A stretch of 63,489 nt of DNA, from positions 1 to 63,489 of the forward strand of contig JAFGJV010000058.1 of the NCBI GenBank assembly GCA_016928955.1, given 5' to 3'. The first letter of the stretch is position 1. Each line of letters opens with the position of its first letter. The position numbers and the translations under genes were made by a program. The DNA comes from Spirochaetales bacterium (GTDB taxonomy: Bacteria; Spirochaetota; Spirochaetia; Treponematales; UBA12059). The notes under the pieces are model-generated. The model saw only the letters and a list, made by a program, of their open reading frames with translations. It made no database searches and was not told where the DNA came from. Positions 28,368 to 37,707 of this stretch are shown here, one piece after another.

Positions 28368-28389
28368 GGAAACGCCCTCCCGGGAGCCT

Positions 28390-29121
28390 TTATAGATGGC
28401 CCTCGTCCAGTATTATGATGTCCACGCGCCGGTTGTAGGCGCGGCCTTCCTCTGTATCGTCGCTCTCTATGGGCACCGTGTCCGAGAACCCGGCCACCTG
28501 GAAGCGCCGCTCTGGCGCCCCAAAGTCGCTCAGGTAATGGAGCACGGTCAGGGAGCGTGCCGTGGACAGCTCCCAGTTGGACGCCCACGGGCCGTTGGGG
28601 TCGGTGGGCGTGCCGTCGGTGTGTCCTTCTATCCTGAAGCGCCGATCCGCCAAGTCGTCGGACTTCAGGAGCTCGGCCAGGCGTATCAGCATGGACCGGG
28701 TATCGTCGATATTTATGTCCGCGCTCGCCTTGCGGAAAAACGCGTCCGCGGCCAGGGATATGACCACGCCCCGCTCGTCCGAGCTTATGCGCACCCGGTT
28801 CGATTTGATTTCAGGCTGGAACAGCGACACGGCCTTTTTGAGCGCGGTGCCGAGCACCCGCCCCTTCTCCATGGACGGCAAAGTGCCCACCGTGTTCCCG
28901 AGCTCTGCCAATTTGCCTGCGGACAGGGTCTGCCCCCCGGACGACGCGCCCATGCCTATGTTGTTCAGGCTGGATATCATCTCGTTGACCTGTACCACGT
29001 CTGCGTCGGTAGTATCGAACAGGGCCACAAAGAAGCAGAGGAGCAGGGTCACCATGTCGCCGTAGGTCACGATCCACTCGCCGAGGCCTCCGAGCTGCTG
29101 TTCCTTCTTCTTCCTGGCCAT
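28390..29121 (-). CDS. motB: Stator protein MotB
   Basis: WIVTYGDMVTLLLCFFV, OmpA-like IEGHTD..SNWELSTARS..NRRVDI. Confidence 0.96.
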   Translation of the reverse strand: MARKKKEQQLGGLGEWIVTYGDMVTLLLCFFVALFDTTDADVVQVNEMISSLNNIGMGASSGGQTLSAGKLAELGNTVGTLPSMEKGRVLGTALKKAVSLFQPEIKSNRVRISSDERGVVISLAADAFFRKASADINIDDTRSMLIRLAELLKSDDLADRRFRIEGHTDGTPTDPNGPWASNWELSTARSLTVLHYLSDFGAPERRFQVAGFSDTVPIESDDTEEGRAYNRRVDIIILDEGHL

Positions 29122-29130
29122 GGCCGCTCC

Positions 29131-29913
29131 TTAGGTGGACGGGTGCAGCTCTTCGAGCTTGCGCTGATTGTCCGGCGACAGGTAGGCGGACAGCTTCATC
29201 TGGAGGACATGGGGATTGTCGCCCTGCTGGATGGACAGGACGCCCTCCAGGATCATCTCCCGCACCTTGGTTTCCGCCGCGTCCTGGCCTCCCAGCTTGC
29301 CCATCATCGGGATGAGGATGAAGTTGGCCAGCATGGCTCCGTAGTACGTTGTGATGAGCGCCAATGCCATATTCGGTCCAATGCGGCTCTTATCCTCCAG
29401 GTTCTTCATCATGGCTATGAGGCCCTGGACCGTGCCGAGCATGCCGAAACCGGGCGCCAGCTTGGCCCACTGGTCCAGCATCTTGAGCCACTTGCCGTGG
29501 CGCTCGTTCATTTCCGTCAGCTCGGTTTCCAGGATGGAGCGGATCATCTCCGGGTCCACCGAGTCCACCACCATGCGGAGGCCGCGCTTCATGAAATCGC
29601 TGTCCACGGACTCGATTTCCTCCTCCAGGGACAAAATGCCCTCGCGCCGGGCCTTTTCCGAGAAGGACAGGAGCGACTCGGCCATCTTGATCTCGCCAAA
29701 GTCCGGCACCCTGAAGGATTTCCCCATGATGCCCCAGACCTTGGTCATGTCCTTGATGTTGTAGTTGAGCATCAGGGCAAAGAAGGAGCCACCTATGGTC
29801 ATCAAGGCTGATGCCGGATCGAGATAGGTACTGACAACACCGCCCGACGCGTACATGGACATGACAATGCAGACCAAGCCGCCTACCAGGCCGAGTATGG
29901 ACGCTAAATCCAT
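29131..29913 (-). CDS. motA: Stator protein MotA
   Basis: ARREGILSLE, APGFGMLGTVQGLI, ALITTYYG. Confidence 0.96.
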   Translation of the reverse strand: MDLASILGLVGGLVCIVMSMYASGGVVSTYLDPASALMTIGGSFFALMLNYNIKDMTKVWGIMGKSFRVPDFGEIKMAESLLSFSEKARREGILSLEEEIESVDSDFMKRGLRMVVDSVDPEMIRSILETELTEMNERHGKWLKMLDQWAKLAPGFGMLGTVQGLIAMMKNLEDKSRIGPNMALALITTYYGAMLANFILIPMMGKLGGQDAAETKVREMILEGVLSIQQGDNPHVLQMKLSAYLSPDNQRKLEELHPST

Positions 29914-29916
29914 CCC

Positions 29917-30114
29917 CTACTCCTCGTTCTTGAACGCGCCGATGAGACGCCGATACGCCACGATGCGTTCGATGATGACGGGAACCTTCTCCCGCACCAC
30001 GATATGCTTGCCCGACAGCATCATCAGCATGCTGTCGGGCGTCGACTCAATATACTCTATCTGGTGGGGATTGAGCCAGAACGTGTCGCCGTTCAGCTTG
30101 GTCACCTCTATCAC
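29917..30114 (-). CDS. flbD: Flagellar protein FlbD (SwrD family)
   Basis: MIEVTKLNG..LNPHQIEYIESTPD. Confidence 0.9.
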   Translation of the reverse strand: MIEVTKLNGDTFWLNPHQIEYIESTPDSMLMMLSGKHIVVREKVPVIIERIVAYRRLIGAFKNEE

Positions 30115-30160
30115 GATCAGGCCCCCTCTATTCTACCCCGCCATGCCGCGGGCGCTTGCG

Positions 30161-31552
30161 TTAGCGTTTCAGCGTCAGAAGCTCCTGGAGCATCTGGTCG
30201 CTGGTCTGTATGGTCTTGGAATTGGCCTGGAAGCCGCGCTGGGTAACGATCATGTCGGTGAACTGCTCGGCCAGGTCCACGTTGGACATTTCCAGGGTGC
30301 CCGCTATGATCTTGCCTTTGCCCGCTATGCCCGAGGGACCGATGTTGGCCATGCCGGAGTTGTTTGACTCCAGGAAGTTGGTCTCGCCGGCCTTCTCAAG
30401 GCCGTTGGGGTTGGTGAACGACGCGAGCGCCACCTGGCCTATGGTGCGGGTCGACCCGTTGGAATACACGGCGGTGATCACGCCCGACTGGTCGATCTTG
30501 AAGTTCTCCAGGTAACCCATGCCGTAGCCATCCTGCTCGAACACCTTGGTGCTGGACGCCTCCGCGAACTGGGTGACGGTGTTGCGCACGGAGCCGACCA
30601 CGCCCATGTTCAGGGTGAAGTTCTGGCGCACGAGCTGGCCTTCAGCCTCCGGCGTGGTCCCGGCCACGTCAAAGCCCACGCTGATGCCCAGGATGCCTTC
30701 CTCTGCGGAGGGATTCCCCTGCCCATCCACGACCCGGCGCAGGGTGCCCAGGTTGTCGAACTCGACAATGAACGTGTTGCCCTGCTGGCCTTCCGCGTTG
30801 AGGCCCACGGCCGCGTTGGTCGCCACAGCGGCTTCCGGGTCCATGGTGACCACGGCCTGCCACTGGTTGTTCTGGCCTGGCACCCGGGTAAAGTCCACGC
30901 GCATGATGTGGGTCTGGCCAAAGGAGTCGTATACCTTCTCCTCCACGCGCCAGGTATTCTGGCGTATGGTTGCTTCGCTGGCGCCCTCGGGTATCTCCTC
31001 GAGGCGCTTGTCTAGGTTGCAGGCCAGGTACACCTGCTCGGTGGCGCGGGCCGGGTCCTTGGAGCCCACGGGTATGATCAGGTCATCAAGGGCGCCAGAT
31101 GTGTTAAGCACCTCCACGCCGTTGATCAGCTGGGCGTTCCAGCCTTGGACGCGGTAGCCGTTGCCCGGGTTCACCAGGCGCCCGTCGGCGTCCAGGCCAA
31201 AGGCGCCGGCGCGGGTGAACATGGTCATGTCGCCCTTGTTCAGCACGAAGAAGCCGTTGCCCTGGATGGCCAGGTCGGTCATCACGCCCGTGGTTTGGAG
31301 CGAGCCCTGGGTGTGGATGGTGTCCACGCTGGCTATGCTCATGCCAAGGCCGATTTCCTTGGGGTTGATGCCGCCCACTTCCTCGGTGGGGCGGGCAGCG
31401 CCTGACAGCTGCTGGTACAGAAGGTCCTGGAAATTGGCCCGGCCCTTCTTGAAGCCGGTGGTGTTGACGTTGGCTATGTTGTTGCCGAGCACGTCCATGC
31501 GAACCTGGTGGTTCTGAAGGCCGGCGACGCCGGAATACAGCGAGCGCATCAT
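30161..31552 (-). CDS. flgE: Flagellar hook protein FlgE
   Basis: [50 protein letters not shown]. Confidence 0.98.
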   Translation of the reverse strand: MMRSLYSGVAGLQNHQVRMDVLGNNIANVNTTGFKKGRANFQDLLYQQLSGAARPTEEVGGINPKEIGLGMSIASVDTIHTQGSLQTTGVMTDLAIQGNGFFVLNKGDMTMFTRAGAFGLDADGRLVNPGNGYRVQGWNAQLINGVEVLNTSGALDDLIIPVGSKDPARATEQVYLACNLDKRLEEIPEGASEATIRQNTWRVEEKVYDSFGQTHIMRVDFTRVPGQNNQWQAVVTMDPEAAVATNAAVGLNAEGQQGNTFIVEFDNLGTLRRVVDGQGNPSAEEGILGISVGFDVAGTTPEAEGQLVRQNFTLNMGVVGSVRNTVTQFAEASSTKVFEQDGYGMGYLENFKIDQSGVITAVYSNGSTRTIGQVALASFTNPNGLEKAGETNFLESNNSGMANIGPSGIAGKGKIIAGTLEMSNVDLAEQFTDMIVTQRGFQANSKTIQTSDQMLQELLTLKR

Positions 31553-31564
31553 GATGGCGCCTCC

Positions 31565-31999
31565 TTACTCGGCCACGACGGAGACTTGCTCCAGGTCGTA
31601 GAATTTTCCGTTTACCAGCACGAGGGGGAATTCCCCGCGTACCACCTGCTCCACCCTGCCGAAGAGGGCGTTGCCCTGATCTACAACCTCAACGTTCTTG
31701 CCGAGCAGGGACTGGGCCTCGCTGGACGCCAGCACGGACGACAGCTTGCCGAAGCCGGATGCCATGTTGGTCATCTGCTCGAGCGACGAGAACTGGGCCA
31801 TCTGCGATATGAACTCGCGGTCCTCCATGGGGCTGGTGGGATCCTGGTGCTGGAGCTGGGTGATGAGGATCTTGAGGAAATCGTCCTTGTCCAGCTCCTT
31901 GTTCACCGAGCGCCCCTGCGACAGGGTCTTGTTGAACGCGTCCACCTGCATCTGGGTGGAAAGGAGATCCTGGGCGCTCAAGTTCGTGTTTACGGTCAT
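31565..31999 (-). CDS. flgD: Hook capping protein FlgD
   Basis: LDKDDFLKILITQLQHQDPTSPM..QMAQFSSLEQM. Confidence 0.96.
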   Translation of the reverse strand: MTVNTNLSAQDLLSTQMQVDAFNKTLSQGRSVNKELDKDDFLKILITQLQHQDPTSPMEDREFISQMAQFSSLEQMTNMASGFGKLSSVLASSEAQSLLGKNVEVVDQGNALFGRVEQVVRGEFPLVLVNGKFYDLEQVSVVAE

Positions 32000-32014
32000 G
32001 TGTACGTTCCTCTC

Positions 32015-33109
32015 TCACACCACGAGATCGACCGCCGAGTCGGGCGCGTACGCGTCCGCCGGCGGCACGGCCGCTTCCAGCTCCCGGAAACGGGAACTCC
32101 AGTACGGCCCGCCCTGTTCCAGCCGGCCGTCTGTCTGTTCCCCGCCGCCCTGGTTGCCGCCACGGACTTCCACTTCCAGGGAGGTCGTCTCAAAACCGCT
32201 GGCGGCAAAAGCGTCCTTGAGCGAATCGAGCGACGAGCGGAAAGCCTCGCCGGCAAGGTCCGACTCGACCACGATACGCCCGCTGATTTGTTTTTCGGCC
32301 ATTTTGAGCTCTATCTTGACGCCGCCCAGGGATTCCGGCTCCAGGCGTAGGCGTATCACACCTAGGTCCCCGTCCCTGAGCACGACCTGGGCGGCGCGCA
32401 CGATGTCCGCCGAACCGCCGGACTTGAGCCTGGCCGCCAGCAGTTCTGAGAAGGACGGCCCGCTTCCGGCCTTGGACGGCTCGCTCTGCCCGGGCTCCCA
32501 GGCGGCCTTGGCCCGGTCAGGCTCTGCCCGGACGGCTTCGGCGCCCTGGTCGTCAGATCCCGCCGTCTTGCCCGCCTGGGGCTTTGCCTGCTCCTTGGTC
32601 GCCTGGTCCGCCTTCATCCTGAGATCGATAACGGACAGTTTTTTGTCGTCCTTTTTTCTGGCCTGGGTCTTGGCCGCGTCTTTTGGACCTTCGGCCTCTG
32701 CGCCATCACGCGCTTCCTGGCGTTCGGGCTGTTTCTGAGTGCGCGCTTGGGCCAGAGCTGCAGAAACGGCGGCTGTGTCCGGGACGGCTTCGTCCTGCCT
32801 GACAAGCACGTGTTTTTTTGCCTGGGGAGCCTGTTCGGTCGCGGCCGCCTTGAGAGACGCCTTGCCATTGGCGTCCAGGGCCCGTGGGACCTGAGCGCCA
32901 GCGGCTAGCGGCTTGGGCGTCAATTCGGGCTTGGACGTTGCTTCGGCCTTCTTGCTGACCCCGCCCCGGAGGGCGTTCAGGATGGAAAGAAAGGGCGAAC
33001 GCTGGGCGCCCCGGGCGCGCGACCACACGCCAGGGCCATGTGAACCGGAAACCGGGACGCCCTGCTTTGACTTTGTCGACGCTGTTTTTTGTACGGATAT
33101 CGCCACCAT
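32015..33109 (-). CDS. fliK: Hook-length control protein FliK (FlbC)
   Basis: Low-complexity N-terminus, C-terminal IRLRLEPESLGGVKIEL; start uncertain. Confidence 0.85.
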   Translation of the reverse strand: MVAISVQKTASTKSKQGVPVSGSHGPGVWSRARGAQRSPFLSILNALRGGVSKKAEATSKPELTPKPLAAGAQVPRALDANGKASLKAAATEQAPQAKKHVLVRQDEAVPDTAAVSAALAQARTQKQPERQEARDGAEAEGPKDAAKTQARKKDDKKLSVIDLRMKADQATKEQAKPQAGKTAGSDDQGAEAVRAEPDRAKAAWEPGQSEPSKAGSGPSFSELLAARLKSGGSADIVRAAQVVLRDGDLGVIRLRLEPESLGGVKIELKMAEKQISGRIVVESDLAGEAFRSSLDSLKDAFAASGFETTSLEVEVRGGNQGGGEQTDGRLEQGGPYWSSRFRELEAAVPPADAYAPDSAVDLVV

Positions 33110-33157
33110 GGACGACGGGCTCCTTTCATGCCGAGCCGCCGTCCGGGCCGGAACCGG

Positions 33158-33790
33158 TCAGTCCAGGGTAGCCGGCTTGGCGTTCATCTTGCGCTGCAGG
33201 TCAGCCGCGCGTTCCGCGGGCATGAGCGACAGCCAGTACGCCACCACCGAACTCTCCCCAGACTTGGCCGCAAGCTCCTCAACCGCCCGCAGGACATCTA
33301 TGGCCGTTTGGTCGTCCAAGGATGCCAGTATCTCGACGGCGTCGGCCGGCGGCATGCCGGTCAGGTACCGAGCGTTTTGCTCGACGTTCGCCTTTCTATT
33401 GTCGTACTGTTGGGCCGCGCTATTGAATGCTTTTTCCCGTTCGTCCAAAGCCTTCTGCCTCTCGTCTATTTCCAGGGCCATGGCCTCTATGGACGCCTCG
33501 CGCTCGTCCGCGGCCATGAAGCGGGCGTCAAGCTCCTGCCTGAGGGCTTCCACGGCCGCCAGCTGCTTGGCGTAGCGTTCGTCGTCCAGCAGGGTCGGAA
33601 GGTCGGCTGGCAGGGCCGCCCCGGTCCGGGTGGGCAAACCCACCAGCCTGAGCGCGGGCGCGAACAGGGTCTTGGCGTCTATCAGCCCAAGAAAATCGAA
33701 CCAGAACACGCCGCCTATGGCCAGGGCCAGTATGAGAATCAGCATGACCACTACCCTGCCCAGTATCCTCTGCTTGCCGAATCCCGCCAT
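33158..33790 (-). CDS. flbB: Periplasmic flagellar collar protein FlbB
   Basis: N-terminal TM ending WFDFLGLID, coiled coil, NARYLTGMPPADAV; between fliJ and fliK as in spirochetes. Confidence 0.85.
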   Translation of the reverse strand: MAGFGKQRILGRVVVMLILILALAIGGVFWFDFLGLIDAKTLFAPALRLVGLPTRTGAALPADLPTLLDDERYAKQLAAVEALRQELDARFMAADEREASIEAMALEIDERQKALDEREKAFNSAAQQYDNRKANVEQNARYLTGMPPADAVEILASLDDQTAIDVLRAVEELAAKSGESSVVAYWLSLMPAERAADLQRKMNAKPATLD

Positions 33791-33793
33791 GAC

Positions 33794-34246
33794 TTACCGT
33801 TCCCCCCCGGCCGTGGCCAGCCGCTGCCTGGCCATGGCGGCCAGATCGTCCAGGACCTTGGTTTCCTCGCGGCCGGCGGCCTTATAGTAGTCCGCCTCTG
33901 CCCGTTCCCTCAGTTTGGTTATCAGTTCCCGCGCCCTGCTTGCCTCCACGTACGCCTCGCGCGCGCGGTCCCGCTGCGCCTCCGCCATGGCCAGCCCCTT
34001 CATGAGGCCGTCACGCCGCTGGGCAAGGCGCACGGCGTAGCGCTCGCCGGCCAGGAAATCCTGGGCATTCCCGCCCTTGCGGAAGCGGGATCGCGCCGCG
34101 TCAAATGAGGCTTTGGCGTTCTCCTCAAGCTCAAGCTCGAGCAGGGCCACGGCGCCAGACTTCTTGGCGAGCTCGGCCTCGGCGGCCTTTTCCGCGAATT
34201 CCCGCACCTCGAGCACGCGGTCCAGGCGGAAGTGAAAGCGCCTCAT
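33794..34246 (-). CDS. fliJ: Export chaperone FliJ (FlbA)
   Basis: MRRFHFRLDRVLEVRE, coiled coil, E.K.LDDL; follows fliI. Confidence 0.85.
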   Translation of the reverse strand: MRRFHFRLDRVLEVREFAEKAAEAELAKKSGAVALLELELEENAKASFDAARSRFRKGGNAQDFLAGERYAVRLAQRRDGLMKGLAMAEAQRDRAREAYVEASRARELITKLRERAEADYYKAAGREETKVLDDLAAMARQRLATAGGER

Positions 34247-35691
34247 GCGTCCGCCCCGGCGCTTGCGCCTCCGCCCGACGTCGGCGCAGGGGCAGCCATT
34301 TCCGTGCCCGCCGGCGCCATACCGGCCGCGGAGCCAGCCTGGCGCGCCTCGGCAAACGCCATAATTTCCGTGGCCGGTATGGCCAGTCCCGCTATGTCGC
34401 CAAGCCGTTTGATGGTGTCCGTTATGGGCGCTTTCTCGTCCACTGACTGGATGAGGAAGTCCTCAATGGCCTGGCGCTTGGCCATGGCCTCGTCTATGGC
34501 AGGATTTGAGCCTTTGACGTAGGCGCCTATGTTGATCATGTCCTCCGCCTCGTCGTACACGGCCATCAGTTTGCGTATGGCTCCTATGGCCTTCTGCGTG
34601 GTCGGTCCGCTGACGGCCTGGGCCAGGCGGGATATGGACTTGAGCACGTCCACGGCCGGGTAGTGGTAGCGCTCGGCCAGCCTGCGGGACAGCACCACGT
34701 GGCCGTCCAGGATACCGCGCACCGTGTCGGCTATGGGCTCGTCCATGTCGTCGGCGTCCACCAGGATGGTGTATATGCCCGTGATGGACCCCTTGTCGGA
34801 GGTGCCCGAGCGCTCCAGCAGCTTGGGCATGGAGTCGAACACGCTGGGCGTGTAGCCCCGGGTGGCCGGCGGCTCGCCTATGGCCAGGCCTATCTCGCGC
34901 TGGGCCCTGGCGAAGCGCGTCACCGAGTCGAAAAGGAGCATGACGTCCAGGCCCTGGTCGCGGAAATACTCGGCCACGGCCGTGGCCACATAGGCGCCGC
35001 GCAGGCGGGCCAAGGGCGGGGTGTCCGACGTGGACACCACCAGCACCGAACGGGCCAGGCCTTCCTCGCCAAGGTCGTTCTCTATGAATTCGCGCACCTC
35101 GCGGCCGCGTTCTCCTATCAGTGCTATCACGTTGACGTCGGCGTTGGTGTTGCGGGCGACCATGCCGAGCAGGGTGGACTTGCCCACGCCCGAGCCCGCG
35201 AATATGCCCAAGCGCTGGCCCCGGCCCACGGGCAAAAGGCCGTCTATGGACCGGATGCCCGTTACCATGCGCGTCTTGATGCGCCTGCGCGTGAGCGCGT
35301 CCGGCGCCTGACCGGCGGCCGGGTAATACGTGCTTGAATAGATGTCGCCCTTGCCGTCCGCGGGCCGGCCCATGGAGTCGAGCGTGCGGCCAAGGAGCTT
35401 GTCCGACACGGGCACGCGCAAGAGCTCGCCGGACGCTATGACGGCGCAGCCCACCTCTATGCCCTCAAGGCTTGAGTAGGACATCAGCTGGACGGTGTCC
35501 CCGTGCACGCCGGCCACCTCCGCCCAGGCCACCGTGCCCAGGCGCGGTATGAGTATCTGGCAGAGTTCGCCCACCACGGCCTGCGGCCCCCGGCTTTCCA
35601 CCAGGAGCCCCTGAACGCGGATCACGCGCCCTGTGTACTTGATGGGATCGGTTTCCTCCACGGCGTCCAGGTACTTGGCTATGAGGTCCAT
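34243..35691 (-). CDS. fliI: Flagellar export ATPase FliI
   Basis: GIFAGSGVGKSTLLGM, IGERGREVREF, DSVTRFARAQREIGL, LDGHVVLSR. Confidence 0.97.
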   Translation of the reverse strand: MDLIAKYLDAVEETDPIKYTGRVIRVQGLLVESRGPQAVVGELCQILIPRLGTVAWAEVAGVHGDTVQLMSYSSLEGIEVGCAVIASGELLRVPVSDKLLGRTLDSMGRPADGKGDIYSSTYYPAAGQAPDALTRRRIKTRMVTGIRSIDGLLPVGRGQRLGIFAGSGVGKSTLLGMVARNTNADVNVIALIGERGREVREFIENDLGEEGLARSVLVVSTSDTPPLARLRGAYVATAVAEYFRDQGLDVMLLFDSVTRFARAQREIGLAIGEPPATRGYTPSVFDSMPKLLERSGTSDKGSITGIYTILVDADDMDEPIADTVRGILDGHVVLSRRLAERYHYPAVDVLKSISRLAQAVSGPTTQKAIGAIRKLMAVYDEAEDMINIGAYVKGSNPAIDEAMAKRQAIEDFLIQSVDEKAPITDTIKRLGDIAGLAIPATEIMAFAEARQAGSAAGMAPAGTEMAAPAPTSGGGASAGADA

Positions 35692-35694
35692 GGC

Positions 35695-36612
35695 TTACTG
35701 GACCTTTCCCCGCGCCTTGATGGGCGATATGTCCAGGATCTTCTCCTCCAGCTCGTGGAGCTGGCTCTGGATGCGGGCGTCTATCTCGCCAAAGTCCGTC
35801 TCTATCACGCAGCCGCCCCGGTCGATGGACGAATCCTCCACCACGGTCAGGCGCTTGGCGTTCTCCGCCATCTCCACAAAGTCCTTGGAATGGTCGCTGG
35901 CAAGTTGGAGATCGGCCAGGTTCACCTTGATGATCACGTCCGAACGCGTCTTCAGCTTGCGCAGGGCCTGGGCTATGTTCGATATGACCACGTTTTTCTG
36001 GTTCTCGGATATGGTCTTGACCACCTTGCGCGCTATGAGGAGGACCAGTTCGACGATCTGCCCCTCGGTTTGCTCAAGGATCTCCGCCCGTTTGTCCATG
36101 GCGCGCTCCAGGATCACGTGCAGGCGGCCTATGAGGCGCTCGACCTCGTTGCGGCCTTCCTTGTAGCCGTCTTCCCGGCCCTGGTCCCAGCCCTTCTTGT
36201 ACGCTTCCTTGGTGACCTCGTCCACGCGGGAGCGCGCCTCGGCCTCTAGGGCCTGAATCTTGCCTTCCGCGTCCTTCACGGCCTTCTCGGCCGCGTCCTC
36301 TGCCTCCTGGCGGATTTTCAGGGCCTGGTCGTTCTTGCGCTTGACTTCCTCAAAGGCCGTGGCCTCCGCCTGGGTGATGATACCCTGGGCCTCAGCGCGG
36401 GCGGAGGCTATCATGGCTTCCTTTTCCTGTTCCCAGTGCTCCTTGAAAAGCTCCGCTTCCCGCCGGAGGTCGTCGGCCGTGGGCCCCTGATACTCGGGAA
36501 CGGCTACGGCTTCCTCCACCTCCTGGGCGGCCTGGGACGAGCCCGGGGTGCTGAGCACGAACGCGCTCGATAGCGGGACGATTTCCTGGGGCCGGAACAC
36601 GGTCTTTGCCAT
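35695..36612 (-). CDS. fliH: Flagellar assembly protein FliH
   Basis: GxxxG repeats (AYKKGWDQGREDGYKEG), GGCVIETDFGEIDARI. Confidence 0.95.
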   Translation of the reverse strand: MAKTVFRPQEIVPLSSAFVLSTPGSSQAAQEVEEAVAVPEYQGPTADDLRREAELFKEHWEQEKEAMIASARAEAQGIITQAEATAFEEVKRKNDQALKIRQEAEDAAEKAVKDAEGKIQALEAEARSRVDEVTKEAYKKGWDQGREDGYKEGRNEVERLIGRLHVILERAMDKRAEILEQTEGQIVELVLLIARKVVKTISENQKNVVISNIAQALRKLKTRSDVIIKVNLADLQLASDHSKDFVEMAENAKRLTVVEDSSIDRGGCVIETDFGEIDARIQSQLHELEEKILDISPIKARGKVQ

Positions 36613-36624
36613 GGCTTGGCTTCC

Positions 36625-37704
36625 TTACTGGATGAGCTGGTCGTCCTCGCCACGGGCGATGATGATCTCTCCCGTGTCCTCGAGGTGGCGGATGACCGCG
36701 ACGATTTTCTGCTGGGCTTCCTCCACATCCTTGATGCGGACGGGACCCATGTACTCCATGTCCTCCTTGAGCGCCTGGGCGGCGCGCTTGGACACGTTCT
36801 GGAATATCTTTTCCTGCACTTCCTGGTCCACGCCCTTGAGGGCCCGCGTGAGGTCCTGGGTGTCCACCTCGCGGATGACCTTCTGGATGGAGCGGTTGTC
36901 CAGCATGACGATGTCCTCGAAGACGAACATCTTTTTCTTGATTTCCTCGGCCAGCTCCGGGTTTTCCTCTTCCAGGGCCTCAAGGATGCCTTTTTCCGTG
37001 GTACGGTCCGCAAGGTTGAGGATCTCGACGATGGCGTCCACGCCGCCCGCCGCCGTGTAGTCCTCGCTGGACAGGGTGGACAGCTTCTTCTCCAGTACCC
37101 GTTCCACCTCGCGGAGCACTTCCGGCGACGTGCGGTCCATGGTCGCTATGCGTTTGGCCACGTCCGACTGGCTTTCCTTGGGCAGCTTGGTCAGGATGTA
37201 GCTTGCCTTGTTCGGCTCCAGGTAGGCCAGGATCAGGGCTATGGTCTGCGGGTGCTCGGTCTGTATGAAGTTGAGGAGGTTGGCCGGGTCGGTGCGCCGT
37301 ATGAAGTCGAAGGGCCGGACCTGCAGGCTGGACGTCAGCCTGTTGATGATGTCTATGGCCTTCTGCGAGCCAAGGGCCTTTTCCAGAAGCTCGCGGGCAT
37401 AGTCGATGCCGCCAGAGCTGATGAACTCGCTGGCCATCATCAGCTCCTGGAATTCCATGAGCACGGCGTCTTTGAGCTCCGGCTCCACGTTCTCCAGACG
37501 GGCTATCTCGAAGGTCAGGGTCTCTATCTCGTCCTCGCGCAGGTGCTTGAATATCTCCGCCGATATCTCCGAGCCCAGGGTGATGAGGAAGATGGCGGCT
37601 TTCTGCCTTCCGTTGAGGTCTTTGGCGTTTTTAGCCTTCTTGCCCGTTGCGGCCGGCGACGCGGCCGCGGCGGGCTTCCCTTTGGCGGGCGCGGCTTGGG
37701 GCAT
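36625..37704 (-). CDS. fliG: Rotor protein FliG
   Basis: QKAAIFL, GGIDYARELL, EHPQTIALIL, MFVFEDI, GPVRIKDVEEAQ. Confidence 0.97.
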   Translation of the reverse strand: MPQAAPAKGKPAAAASPAATGKKAKNAKDLNGRQKAAIFLITLGSEISAEIFKHLREDEIETLTFEIARLENVEPELKDAVLMEFQELMMASEFISSGGIDYARELLEKALGSQKAIDIINRLTSSLQVRPFDFIRRTDPANLLNFIQTEHPQTIALILAYLEPNKASYILTKLPKESQSDVAKRIATMDRTSPEVLREVERVLEKKLSTLSSEDYTAAGGVDAIVEILNLADRTTEKGILEALEEENPELAEEIKKKMFVFEDIVMLDNRSIQKVIREVDTQDLTRALKGVDQEVQEKIFQNVSKRAAQALKEDMEYMGPVRIKDVEEAQQKIVAVIRHLEDTGEIIIARGEDDQLIQ

Positions 37705-37707
37705 GTC

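Noticed and set aside
29030..29080. Inferring stator ion specificity from the MotB TM helix
   Set aside because: The diagnostic position (Asp+11) is Ala, neither Val nor Leu, so it is uninformative.
33075..33130. Sigma28 promoter before fliK (GGCGATAT or GTCGACAA as -10)
   Set aside because: No TAAA-like -35 at the correct spacing.
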